From: a virus
Taxonomy: Duplodnaviria > Caudoviricetes
Reading direction: 5' to 3' (one strand)
DNA: 55,266 bases
Virus record (IMG/VR): IMGVR_UViG_3300008108_000110
Location: 1 to 55,266 of that record
The notes under the pieces were generated by a model. That model saw nothing but the letters and a program-made list of their open reading frames with translations. It searched no databases and had not been told where the DNA came from. The position numbers and the translations under genes are program-made. Shown in pieces: positions 25,498 to 33,781 of the stretch (position 1 is its first letter; each line of letters starts with the position of its first letter).

Positions 25498-26028
25498 TCA
25501 GATAGGAGTTGGATAAAGAATTCCGTCAGATCCAGTGGCAATACCAGACATTGAAACAAGAACTTCACTCTTGACTCTCAAATTTCCGTGAGAATCCATA
25601 TATGTGGTAACACCAACCCAACCTTGATGAGTAAATCCTTGATAAGCAGAAGAGACACTAGAAGAGTCTTTAGAAATACCATAAACTTGCTTATCAGTTA
25701 CACCATAAGAAGATTGACTAAATGTTGAATCAAGAGTGGTATATTTTGGAAGTTCGCTAATATAAAATGAAGTAGATGCAATTGCTGCACCACTTAAACC
25801 AGCAGTAGATCCAATAGTTAAAGAAGTTGTACTTGCAATACTAACAATTACAGCGTCTCCAAAATAGGTTCCGCCTGCACCGCGAATACCAAATCTAATC
25901 ACATCACCAGTCGCTGCAGCACCAACTCTACCAAAAGTAGTTCCACTTCCAACAACTTCAAGGGTAGAGTAGTTTAAAGTTACTGTGCCTCCAGAACCTT
26001 TATTGTCATTGTTTCCCCAGAGTGCCAT
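25498..26028 (-). CDS. putative virion structural protein
   Basis: MALWG start, G/T/S-rich, H.GWVG...G..RVKSEVLV; late promoter upstream. Confidence 0.7.
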   Translation of the reverse strand: MALWGNNDNKGSGGTVTLNYSTLEVVGSGTTFGRVGAAATGDVIRFGIRGAGGTYFGDAVIVSIASTTSLTIGSTAGLSGAAIASTSFYISELPKYTTLDSTFSQSSYGVTDKQVYGISKDSSSVSSAYQGFTHQGWVGVTTYMDSHGNLRVKSEVLVSMSGIATGSDGILYPTPI

Positions 26029-26062
26029 GTCTTTCTTCCGTAAAAAAATTATTTGCTATGAA

Positions 26063-26070
26063 TATTTATA
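26063..26070 (-). promoter_or_regulatory. T4-type late promoter
   Basis: TATAAATA. Confidence 0.8.
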
Positions 26071-26083
26071 AAAAAGGGAGACC

Positions 26084-26248
26084 TTACTTTTGGTCTCCTT
26101 TATGTAACACTACTTTTAAAAAGTGTGTTATTAAGTCAAGTATTCCATTTTCCTCAAATCTTTTTGTTTTTGCTAACCATTCGGAAGTAGTTAGCAAAAG
26201 ACCGAGAACAATCGTTACTCCCCAATTAGTAACAAGACAAGTAATCAT
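26084..26248 (-). CDS. 54-aa membrane protein
   Basis: MITCLVTNWGVTIVLGLLLTTSEWL...ENGILD; ATGA overlap. Confidence 0.65.
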   Translation of the reverse strand: MITCLVTNWGVTIVLGLLLTTSEWLAKTKRFEENGILDLITHFLKVVLHKGDQK

Positions 26249-26418
26249 GCTTGTGGAGTGAAGAGTTTATCCTTGACCAGTTCATAAACGACATTATCAA
26301 TACTGTTATCTGTGCTATCAACATACTTTTTCAGTAAGTCAAGAACAAGATTTTTAACAGATGGATGAGTTGCAATTGAGATGAGAAGTGGTTTTACCAC
26401 TGCTACTACTGCGTCCAT
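26245..26418 (-). CDS. small hypothetical protein
   Basis: GGAGG RBS, VKPLL...VK.LV.DLL.KY..STDN.ID. Confidence 0.75.
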   Translation of the reverse strand: MDAVVAVVKPLLISIATHPSVKNLVLDLLKKYVDSTDNSIDNVVYELVKDKLFTPQA

Positions 26419-26457
26419 AATGTCCTCCGTGAAAAAATATCCTGTTCTATTTAGCAA

Positions 26458-28791
26458 TCAATCTCTTGGAGAATGCCTTAGATCTTGAGATCTTTGAGCA
26501 GCAGCACGACGAAGTGCTACTTTTTGAGCAGGAGATCTTGGAGCACCATATTCACCAGCAGCAGGTGGTTTTTTACCAGGAACTTTTTTACGTTGTCCTG
26601 CTGGAGTTCCAGTCTGTTGACGAATCATTCTCTTCACAGAAGTGAATGCTCTGTCATCCTTAGCGCCTCCCTCTACAGATGGTTTTCCTGGACGAGTTGC
26701 AGACATTCCCGTTTCTTTAGCATATCTAGTTCTTTCATCAACTAATTCACCATCTAATTCATAAGATTGCTTAAGAGTAGTTTGATTGTCTGCGGAGATA
26801 TTTTTATCTTTTTTCTGCTGAAGTGCATTTTTGTCTGCATCCGAAACCTTTCTTTGAGCAGAAATAAGATTTCTTCTAGCATTAATTTGCTGAGCACTCA
26901 TAGTAGATGAAGAATCTACCGCTTGTTCACCAAGTTTCTTTCCTCCTCTACGAGCAGTCAGTACAGCAGCAATTGCTGCCTTTCTTCTTTCTTCTTTAGT
27001 TCTACCAGCAAGTTGAGGAGAAGTGGATGCCTGGAAATCTCTAATTGCAGTTCCAATATCAGTTTTAGCAGTAATCTTCTCATCTAATTTGTATTCTTCT
27101 TTTGGAACACAATTTGGAACTTCTTTACCACCTTTCTTTTTGGTTCCGACCATTTCATATCCTTTCCAGCAAGGATCTTCACCTTTCATTTTTTTTGCTT
27201 CACCAAGATGTGGTGCTGCTTTATATGAAGGATGTCCTGCTTTAAATTTTTTATACGCAGGAGTGTTTGCCTTTTTATCAGCGGCAGTTACAACCATTCG
27301 AGTATCTTTTGGTTCTTCCTTTTCTCCACCATAAACTGCTTCACCCAATCCCTTTGTCGCAATGTGTCCTGCAAGTCTAACAGTGCCACTTGCACCCTTA
27401 CCAACTTCACGAGCAACTTGACCAGCACCCTTTGCTGCTTTGCTAATTACTTTACCAGTCTCACGGGCAGCACTCATTGCTGCTTGATGTCTTTTAATTC
27501 CCTTATTCACTTGATTAGCAACTTTATCTAAGAAACTCTTTTTCTTAGGTTGCTGTTTTTTAGCATTAGCAATTGCAGATTGTCTTTGAAGAGACGCTTT
27601 CATTCCAGATGGTTTTTCTGAAGATGCTTTCTCTTCTCTTTCCTTTCTTTCTGCTTTGAGTTTTTGAAGTCTTTCTAAACCTTTTTTGGTTGGTTTTCCA
27701 CTCTTAAATGGTTTTCCAGTAGCAGTAACAGGTTCTACTTTTACTCCACCTGCTCTTGCTTCAGAAATGACTTCATCACCAATCTCAAATACAAAACTTA
27801 CGAATTCATCAAGACCCAGTTCATCAATAAGAATTTCTACTCCATCCTCATTAAGTCCCTGCTCATAAAAATACTGAGCAGCGATATTTACAGATTCTGC
27901 AATATAATCTTCAGATAATTCTACAGATTCAATTAGTTGTCCGCCAAGATTTTCAATAGATTCAGATAACTTAGGATTAATTTCTACACACTTATTCTTT
28001 CCAGCATAATTATCTACTTTCTTTTCTTTGATCTGATTCTTCTTTTCAGATGCAATATCATCAGAAACAATCTCAGATAAATCTGTTCTCCAATTGGAGA
28101 ATCCTTCTTTTACATCTCCACTTCTTTTAGCGATTGCAGCACCACGAACATTTCTACGATTCTGAAGATACTTATCAGTCTTATCTACTTTCTTATCATT
28201 ATTTACATCGGCATCTTCTTTACCTACAGGATCAAGTCCTTTACCTGCAGTTACTGCTGCTGTCGATTTTCCTTTCTTCTTTTCTCCCTCGTATGGAGAA
28301 CCATATTGAGTCATTTCTACAGAAGAAATATTTGGATTTGCTCTCAGAGAATTAATTTTTTCTCTGGTTGCCATACGAACATATGACTTACCAGAATTTT
28401 TATCTGTTACTCTAACTTTATATTTTTTAGTATTAGAATCATTATACTTATTATAATGAGGTGCCTCGTCAATATACTCTTCTTTAACTGGAGATGCACC
28501 AGATCCAGCAATTAATCCCAGTTTCTCTTTGACTGCTTTCTTCTCAACAGCATTCATAGAGGTGTGAGACATATATTGATTGAATGCCTGACTCAATTCA
28601 ATATCTTCCCTTCTCGCTCTATAGCGAATATCATAAACTGCCTGACGAATTCTCTTCTCCGAAGTAGCATCAGACTTCTCAGATGCTTTAGGTGCTTCTG
28701 GAGCACTAGCTTGTTGCTTTTTGCCCAGTTGTGGAGTCAGGATCTCTTCAACGTATGCTTCGTAAAGATCAGATACAATATGAGACAGCAT
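26458..28791 (-). CDS. large Lys-rich modular late protein, probable internal head protein
   Basis: Late promoter upstream; basic modules separated by (L/I/V)xE sites; DxDxN.D..VD..D loop; CWKGY...VPNCVP module. Confidence 0.7.
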   Translation of the reverse strand: MLSHIVSDLYEAYVEEILTPQLGKKQQASAPEAPKASEKSDATSEKRIRQAVYDIRYRARREDIELSQAFNQYMSHTSMNAVEKKAVKEKLGLIAGSGASPVKEEYIDEAPHYNKYNDSNTKKYKVRVTDKNSGKSYVRMATREKINSLRANPNISSVEMTQYGSPYEGEKKKGKSTAAVTAGKGLDPVGKEDADVNNDKKVDKTDKYLQNRRNVRGAAIAKRSGDVKEGFSNWRTDLSEIVSDDIASEKKNQIKEKKVDNYAGKNKCVEINPKLSESIENLGGQLIESVELSEDYIAESVNIAAQYFYEQGLNEDGVEILIDELGLDEFVSFVFEIGDEVISEARAGGVKVEPVTATGKPFKSGKPTKKGLERLQKLKAERKEREEKASSEKPSGMKASLQRQSAIANAKKQQPKKKSFLDKVANQVNKGIKRHQAAMSAARETGKVISKAAKGAGQVAREVGKGASGTVRLAGHIATKGLGEAVYGGEKEEPKDTRMVVTAADKKANTPAYKKFKAGHPSYKAAPHLGEAKKMKGEDPCWKGYEMVGTKKKGGKEVPNCVPKEEYKLDEKITAKTDIGTAIRDFQASTSPQLAGRTKEERRKAAIAAVLTARRGGKKLGEQAVDSSSTMSAQQINARRNLISAQRKVSDADKNALQQKKDKNISADNQTTLKQSYELDGELVDERTRYAKETGMSATRPGKPSVEGGAKDDRAFTSVKRMIRQQTGTPAGQRKKVPGKKPPAAGEYGAPRSPAQKVALRRAAAQRSQDLRHSPRD

Positions 28792-28795
28792 TTTT

Positions 28796-29386
28796 CTACT
28801 TTTGTTTTACCTTATACTTATTTATAAAATTTTTAATATCCTTAGTTCCCGTCATTTTCATTGCATACTTACGGAATTCATCCGTTCCAACTTCTCTTTG
28901 ATCTGCAGGAACTCCAGATACTTCAGTCCATTCAACAACATCTGTAATCCAAGATTTAAACATTGTTTCGTCTTCGGTCACACAAATTAAATAATTTGTT
29001 CCTTTACGAATTATCTTACCTACTTTTTCATTAATAACACTTTGAACCCATTCACCTTCATTAAATATTTCTCCTCTAATATATCTCTCTCTTAATTCTT
29101 TTTGATGTTCTTCGTTAGTCTGTTGAGATGCAGGAACTTTAGGATTTATAATATTACGATTTTGTTTTGGGTCTTTTCTATTTGGAAGTTCATTTTGATT
29201 ATAAAATTTCAATCCAACTTGTCCCGATGGAAGTCTTTTTGCTTTCGCTTGAAATTCCAAGTCTCCAGTTATTGGATTCTGCTTATAAAAATCACTCCCA
29301 TTTTTCCGTATTAATCCAAGTCTCTTTGCGTTAAAAGATGCAAGAGAAACTTTTGATTCAGATACAAACTGAGAAAATGGTTTCAT
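28796..29386 (-). CDS. hypothetical protein resembling the termini of cyanophage cytidyltransferase-like proteins
   Basis: MKPFSQFVSE start; LRERY..GEIF..GEWV...KGTNYLICVTED..MFKSWI.DV.E C-terminal domain. Confidence 0.65.
   Translation of the reverse strand: MKPFSQFVSESKVSLASFNAKRLGLIRKNGSDFYKQNPITGDLEFQAKAKRLPSGQVGLKFYNQNELPNRKDPKQNRNIINPKVPASQQTNEEHQKELRERYIRGEIFNEGEWVQSVINEKVGKIIRKGTNYLICVTEDETMFKSWITDVVEWTEVSGVPADQREVGTDEFRKYAMKMTGTKDIKNFINKYKVKQK
28819..28826 (-). promoter_or_regulatory. T4-type late promoter
   Basis: TATAAATA. Confidence 0.8.
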
Positions 29387-29427
29387 ATTTTTAGATATAT
29401 CTATATTTTTTGTATTAGAGTCATATT

Positions 29428-30540
29428 TTATTTATCCATATCAACTACGCCCCTACCTTTCATATATCCCCGAGTCCAGAACCCACCTCTAACATTTCTT
29501 AATTCTTGCAGTACTGTAGTATTTTCATCGTCTCTAATATCGATAATTCTACCTTCTTCAGAAGACTTTCTTGCTCCAATAACAGGAGTATATTCACCTC
29601 TCAATCCAGACAGTCTTCCATTAACTACCATTTTGGGAAAAGTGACAACTATTAAATTCGCCCTTTTAGTAATAGTCGGATCACCTTGAACAAAATAATT
29701 TACATTATCGTGTCCGTGCATAGACCCATATCTTTTACCAAATACAGACTTTTTCTTTAAACTGTTACTTCTAATTTTTCTAAAAATCCTTGTTTTTCCT
29801 TCATCTAATACTTTATTTTGCCATTCACCATTTACTAGATCTTCTCTAAATTTTTTAACTTCAGGATGGTTATAAATTGAATTTCCAGCAACGTTTCTAC
29901 TTATACCACCATATTGTTGGAAGTCCATTGCGGTATCGCCTTTTTTGTGTGAAATATAACATTTTTCTTCAGCATCATAATTTACTATAACAAAATCTGC
30001 CTTCTTTCCGGAAATTCCACCAACAAATCCGGCAGCATTTTTATAAATTTTATTTCCAAATTTAAGATCTACAGGTTGCCCACCACCAAGTTCTTGAATT
30101 TTTTGATTTATTTTTTTAATAACTTTTAATTCCTCTGCATATGATGATGTTCTTCTCAATGAACTATCTTTTTTGAATACATCATCTAATAGAGAATTCC
30201 AAATATTATAATCTTTTTGCTCTCTACCACTAGCAAACTTAAAACGAATTCTTATCTCTTTTTCTTTTCCTTCTGGTATTATTGAAGTTATTTTTATATT
30301 ACCAGTAAAAGTACTTTGAGGAAGTTTAGTAAAAACCCAATCCTTATTTTCTTTCAATTCAATATCAATCAAATATTGTTGAACCAATTCTTTAATGTCT
30401 TGTCTACTATCACATTCTAGAATTATTTCTTTAAAATCTCTTCTTGGATTATATTTTACTTCAACCTTATTATTATTAACTTTCTTATTATTAAATTTCT
30501 CATTAATTAATACAAATAATCTTCCAGAAGAATATGACAT
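29428..30540 (-). CDS. putative PD-(D/E)XK-like nuclease
   Basis: E..V.....KADFVIV......YISHK, FQQYGG; highly basic; AT-rich. Confidence 0.5.
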   Translation of the reverse strand: MSYSSGRLFVLINEKFNNKKVNNNKVEVKYNPRRDFKEIILECDSRQDIKELVQQYLIDIELKENKDWVFTKLPQSTFTGNIKITSIIPEGKEKEIRIRFKFASGREQKDYNIWNSLLDDVFKKDSSLRRTSSYAEELKVIKKINQKIQELGGGQPVDLKFGNKIYKNAAGFVGGISGKKADFVIVNYDAEEKCYISHKKGDTAMDFQQYGGISRNVAGNSIYNHPEVKKFREDLVNGEWQNKVLDEGKTRIFRKIRSNSLKKKSVFGKRYGSMHGHDNVNYFVQGDPTITKRANLIVVTFPKMVVNGRLSGLRGEYTPVIGARKSSEEGRIIDIRDDENTTVLQELRNVRGGFWTRGYMKGRGVVDMDK

Positions 30541-30557
30541 TTTTATTTGTATTTATT

Positions 30558-30580
30558 AAAAAACCTCCCGAAGGAGGTTT
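30558..30580. terminator. intrinsic terminator
   Basis: AAACCTCC-TTCG-GGAGGTTTTT on the minus strand. Confidence 0.85.
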
Positions 30581-30583
30581 CAA

Positions 30584-30760
30584 TTAATCTTTTAGAATAG
30601 CACTAATACTATCATCAAGATCAGCAATCACTTCACGAAGTTCAAAGATACGAGGTGGAGTGCTTACAATATCACTTGTATATCCTTTTTGTGCCTCAAA
30701 AAGAACTTGACGGACTGCCGCAGCAGAACGAACATCCATTTCAATAGTTACTTTATTCAT
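30584..30760 (-). CDS. 58-aa hypothetical protein
   Basis: MNKVTIEMDVRSAAAVRQVLFEAQKGYT...; ATGA overlap with mazG. Confidence 0.7.
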   Translation of the reverse strand: MNKVTIEMDVRSAAAVRQVLFEAQKGYTSDIVSTPPRIFELREVIADLDDSISAILKD

Positions 30761-31161
30761 AGATCTCCTTCCTTACGATTTTCTGAACGTTCTATACTAA
30801 ATGCACCTTCAGGATATCGAGCACTTAGTTTCTCAAAGTTCATTTGAATGACTTCTTCAATAGAAATATCAAGTCCAAGACACGCTTGAGAAACATACCA
30901 CATAATGTCTCCAAGTTCACGCTTCAGGTGAAATAGATTCTCTTGATTAACTGGTTTACCTTGGAAAACGATCTTTTTTACAATCTCAGTAAACTCACCT
31001 GCTTCGGCAGACATTCCTACAGCAGCAGTAAGTAGTCGTTCAGTAGGAAATTCTTGTTCATGAAGTTCCATTAGACGATCAATGAATGGGGTATATTCCT
31101 TGCTTGGGTTTGATGTCGTTGCATTAACAAACTCAACGTACTTATTAAGATCAATAGTCAT
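30757..31161 (-). CDS. mazG: MazG-like nucleotide pyrophosphohydrolase
   Basis: G..AEAGEFTEIVKK, ELGDIMWY, N..KL..RYP. Confidence 0.93.
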   Translation of the reverse strand: MTIDLNKYVEFVNATTSNPSKEYTPFIDRLMELHEQEFPTERLLTAAVGMSAEAGEFTEIVKKIVFQGKPVNQENLFHLKRELGDIMWYVSQACLGLDISIEEVIQMNFEKLSARYPEGAFSIERSENRKEGDL

Positions 31162-31385
31162 ACAATAAAAGGTTCTAATTCAGATTGGGGTAAAATTTGT
31201 TGTGCTGAAAGTTGAAAATCATCATCCAACCTTATATGAGAAACATTAACTGTCTCTGGATTAATGTGTCTAACCTGACGATAAGTTCTTTCTGAATCAA
31301 ATTCAACTAACATTATAGCATCTCGGATACTTGAACAATCGGCAATTTTTTTACCGTTCTTGTCAAATACCGAATAATAGTTCAA
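31158..31385 (-). CDS. hypothetical protein
   Basis: ORF coupled to neighbours on both sides. Confidence 0.7.
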   Translation of the reverse strand: MNYYSVFDKNGKKIADCSSIRDAIMLVEFDSERTYRQVRHINPETVNVSHIRLDDDFQLSAQQILPQSELEPFIV

Positions 31386-32758
31386 AACTTAAATCCCTCA
31401 AATGTTTTCTTTGGTTTTCTTTCTTCAAAATCATACTCTTCTTCTTGCTTGTTGTCAAGAATATCGTTTTGAGCAGATTGCTCGCAATCATAAAGTCTCA
31501 TCTTAGCGCGATCAATGCCAACTACAAAACGTTTATGAATAGTAGGATCATTATAGCGATTCTTAAGTTGCTTAACAAGAATCTGCCCAAGTTCTTCCAG
31601 TTCTTCCGTAGAAATAAGAGCAAACATTAGATCAGCAGTTGCAGGCAAACCAAACGATTCTGAAGTATCAGTCAGTTCCACATCAGAAGAACCATAACCA
31701 GAACGAGTAGTTTGAGTAGCACTCACGATAGGAACATTAAACTCCACAGCAAGACCACGAAGTTCTTCTGCAATTGCTTTTACAAAGGTATAGGAGTTGA
31801 TATTGCTATTTCCTTTATACCTTGAAGATGAACAGATATTCAAGTAATCAATAAAGATAATATCTGGTTTAAATGATTTCTTAAGAGCAAGTTCATTCAA
31901 AAGAGATTTGAAATGCCCAGAGTGTGCTGAAGCAGTTGGATACTCTTTAATAATCAAAGTGCCTTGAGTTTTCTTAGCAAGATTAGTGATCTTATTCTCA
32001 AACATTTGTTTTGGAAGATCGACAATATCTTGAATAGGCACATTCAAGAGATTTGCATCAATTCTTTCAGCAATGCGTTCTTCTGCCATTTCCAGCGTAA
32101 TGTACAGAACGTTCCGTCCTTGGAGCAACACGGAGCTAGCAAGGTGGCACATGAATAGAGACTTCCCGACACCTGTACCAGCAAGCGCGATATTAAGAGT
32201 CTTGTTAGGTAGACCACCTTTGGTGATTTTGTTAAAGTATTCAAGATCAAATTCAATTTTATCCTCCTTTTTGTGATACGATTCGTAACGTTGTTCATAG
32301 TCCTGAAGATAATCATGTCCAACGTGATTATCAAAACTTACAGCAAGAGCATCAGAAAGAATAGAAGGAATGATGTCACGATTCTTCTTTTCATCTTTTC
32401 CATCGGCAATATGAATAGATTCCATAAGTGCCAAATAAATGGCACGATCTCTACACCACTTTTCAGTAGTGTCAATCAACCAATTTTGCTCAACTACAAC
32501 ATCATCCAAACAAGAAATTAATTGAATAATTTCTTTGAATGTTTGCTCATTGATATCTGTTCGTTTTTCTATTTCAATAGAAAGAACTTCTTTTGTTGCT
32601 GGTTTATTATACTCTTGAATAAAATTAAGAATCTCTTCAAATACAATTTTTTGATTTGAATCTTGAAAATACTCGGATTTAATAAATGGTATTACTTTTC
32701 TAAAATATTCTTCATTATGTAACAGGTTTCTAAGAATTAGAAACTCAACTTTCTCCAT
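31382..32758 (-). CDS. 41: replicative DNA helicase (T4 gp41)
   Basis: AGTGVGKS Walker A, IFIDYLN, ATQTTR, SESFGLP, KQLKNRY. Confidence 0.97.
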   Translation of the reverse strand: MEKVEFLILRNLLHNEEYFRKVIPFIKSEYFQDSNQKIVFEEILNFIQEYNKPATKEVLSIEIEKRTDINEQTFKEIIQLISCLDDVVVEQNWLIDTTEKWCRDRAIYLALMESIHIADGKDEKKNRDIIPSILSDALAVSFDNHVGHDYLQDYEQRYESYHKKEDKIEFDLEYFNKITKGGLPNKTLNIALAGTGVGKSLFMCHLASSVLLQGRNVLYITLEMAEERIAERIDANLLNVPIQDIVDLPKQMFENKITNLAKKTQGTLIIKEYPTASAHSGHFKSLLNELALKKSFKPDIIFIDYLNICSSSRYKGNSNINSYTFVKAIAEELRGLAVEFNVPIVSATQTTRSGYGSSDVELTDTSESFGLPATADLMFALISTEELEELGQILVKQLKNRYNDPTIHKRFVVGIDRAKMRLYDCEQSAQNDILDNKQEEEYDFEERKPKKTFEGFKF

Positions 32759-33752
32759 AACTAAATTCCTTACGTGCGATTTGATCCAACTGTTGCATCA
32801 CTTCTTCAGTGAAGTATTCTTTAGGATTTGCAAGAATCTGTTTTGCATAGATTTTCTTACCATCCATCTCATAGCGTCCTGCTACATTCTTCCAGAGTCC
32901 ACCAATCTCACCAAGTTCCAGAAGACCGTAGTAACGATCAAGACCGCGCTCATCATAATACAGACGGATCTCAACATCTTTATTCTCCTTACTCAAACGC
33001 GATTTAGCAGTCTTAGCCTTGATAATATTTCCGACCACTTCCGTTCCATCCTTTTCTTTTTTCTTGCTGAGATAGATGATCGTACTTGCTGCGTACTTGA
33101 GTCCAGAACCTCCGCCCATTTCTTTCGTTGGTACGTAAGCTCCGATGACATCGTATGTATGATTTGTGACAATGAGTGGAACATTTGCTTGACCTAGTTT
33201 AAGTGTGAGCATTCGAAATGCACCCTTAACAAGTTGCGATTTAGTCATATCACGAACTTGTTTATCATTGAGTGCGTCAGTAATTTCTTTCTCAGTAGAA
33301 AGCATCCCCAAAGAGTCTAGCACAAACATACAAGGTTTGCGTTCTCCTTCAGGTTTTTTTAAGTAAAGGTCTACTGCCTTGAGCGCCTTTCCACGAAACT
33401 CTTCGATAGTAACAACATTAACAACAACCAAGCGAGAAGTATCAATTCCACGGGATTCTACAAGTGACTTGGTAATAGCAGCTTCAGTATCAAAATAGAG
33501 ACAATACCCATCGGGATTGGTATCAAGAAAATTCTTAACAACGGCGAGGCTGAAGAAAGTTTTTCCAGTAGAAGACTCTCCAGCAATAGCAGTAATCTTA
33601 TTCCCAGATACACCGCCAAATACACTACCTGAAACCAGTGCATTAAAAATGTACGAACCTGTATCAACATACTTTTCAGTTTCATCAATATCCGCAGCAA
33701 GTTGTGTATACTCGCCACCAATTTCCTTTACAATATCTTTAAGAAAATCCAT
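32745..33752 (-). CDS. uvsX: RecA-like recombinase
   Basis: GESSTGKT, YFDTE, VLDSLG, MGGGSG. Confidence 0.96.
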   Translation of the reverse strand: MDFLKDIVKEIGGEYTQLAADIDETEKYVDTGSYIFNALVSGSVFGGVSGNKITAIAGESSTGKTFFSLAVVKNFLDTNPDGYCLYFDTEAAITKSLVESRGIDTSRLVVVNVVTIEEFRGKALKAVDLYLKKPEGERKPCMFVLDSLGMLSTEKEITDALNDKQVRDMTKSQLVKGAFRMLTLKLGQANVPLIVTNHTYDVIGAYVPTKEMGGGSGLKYAASTIIYLSKKKEKDGTEVVGNIIKAKTAKSRLSKENKDVEIRLYYDERGLDRYYGLLELGEIGGLWKNVAGRYEMDGKKIYAKQILANPKEYFTEEVMQQLDQIARKEFSYGES

Positions 33753-33781
33753 AATACATACGCAATAGAACTAGTATAGCA

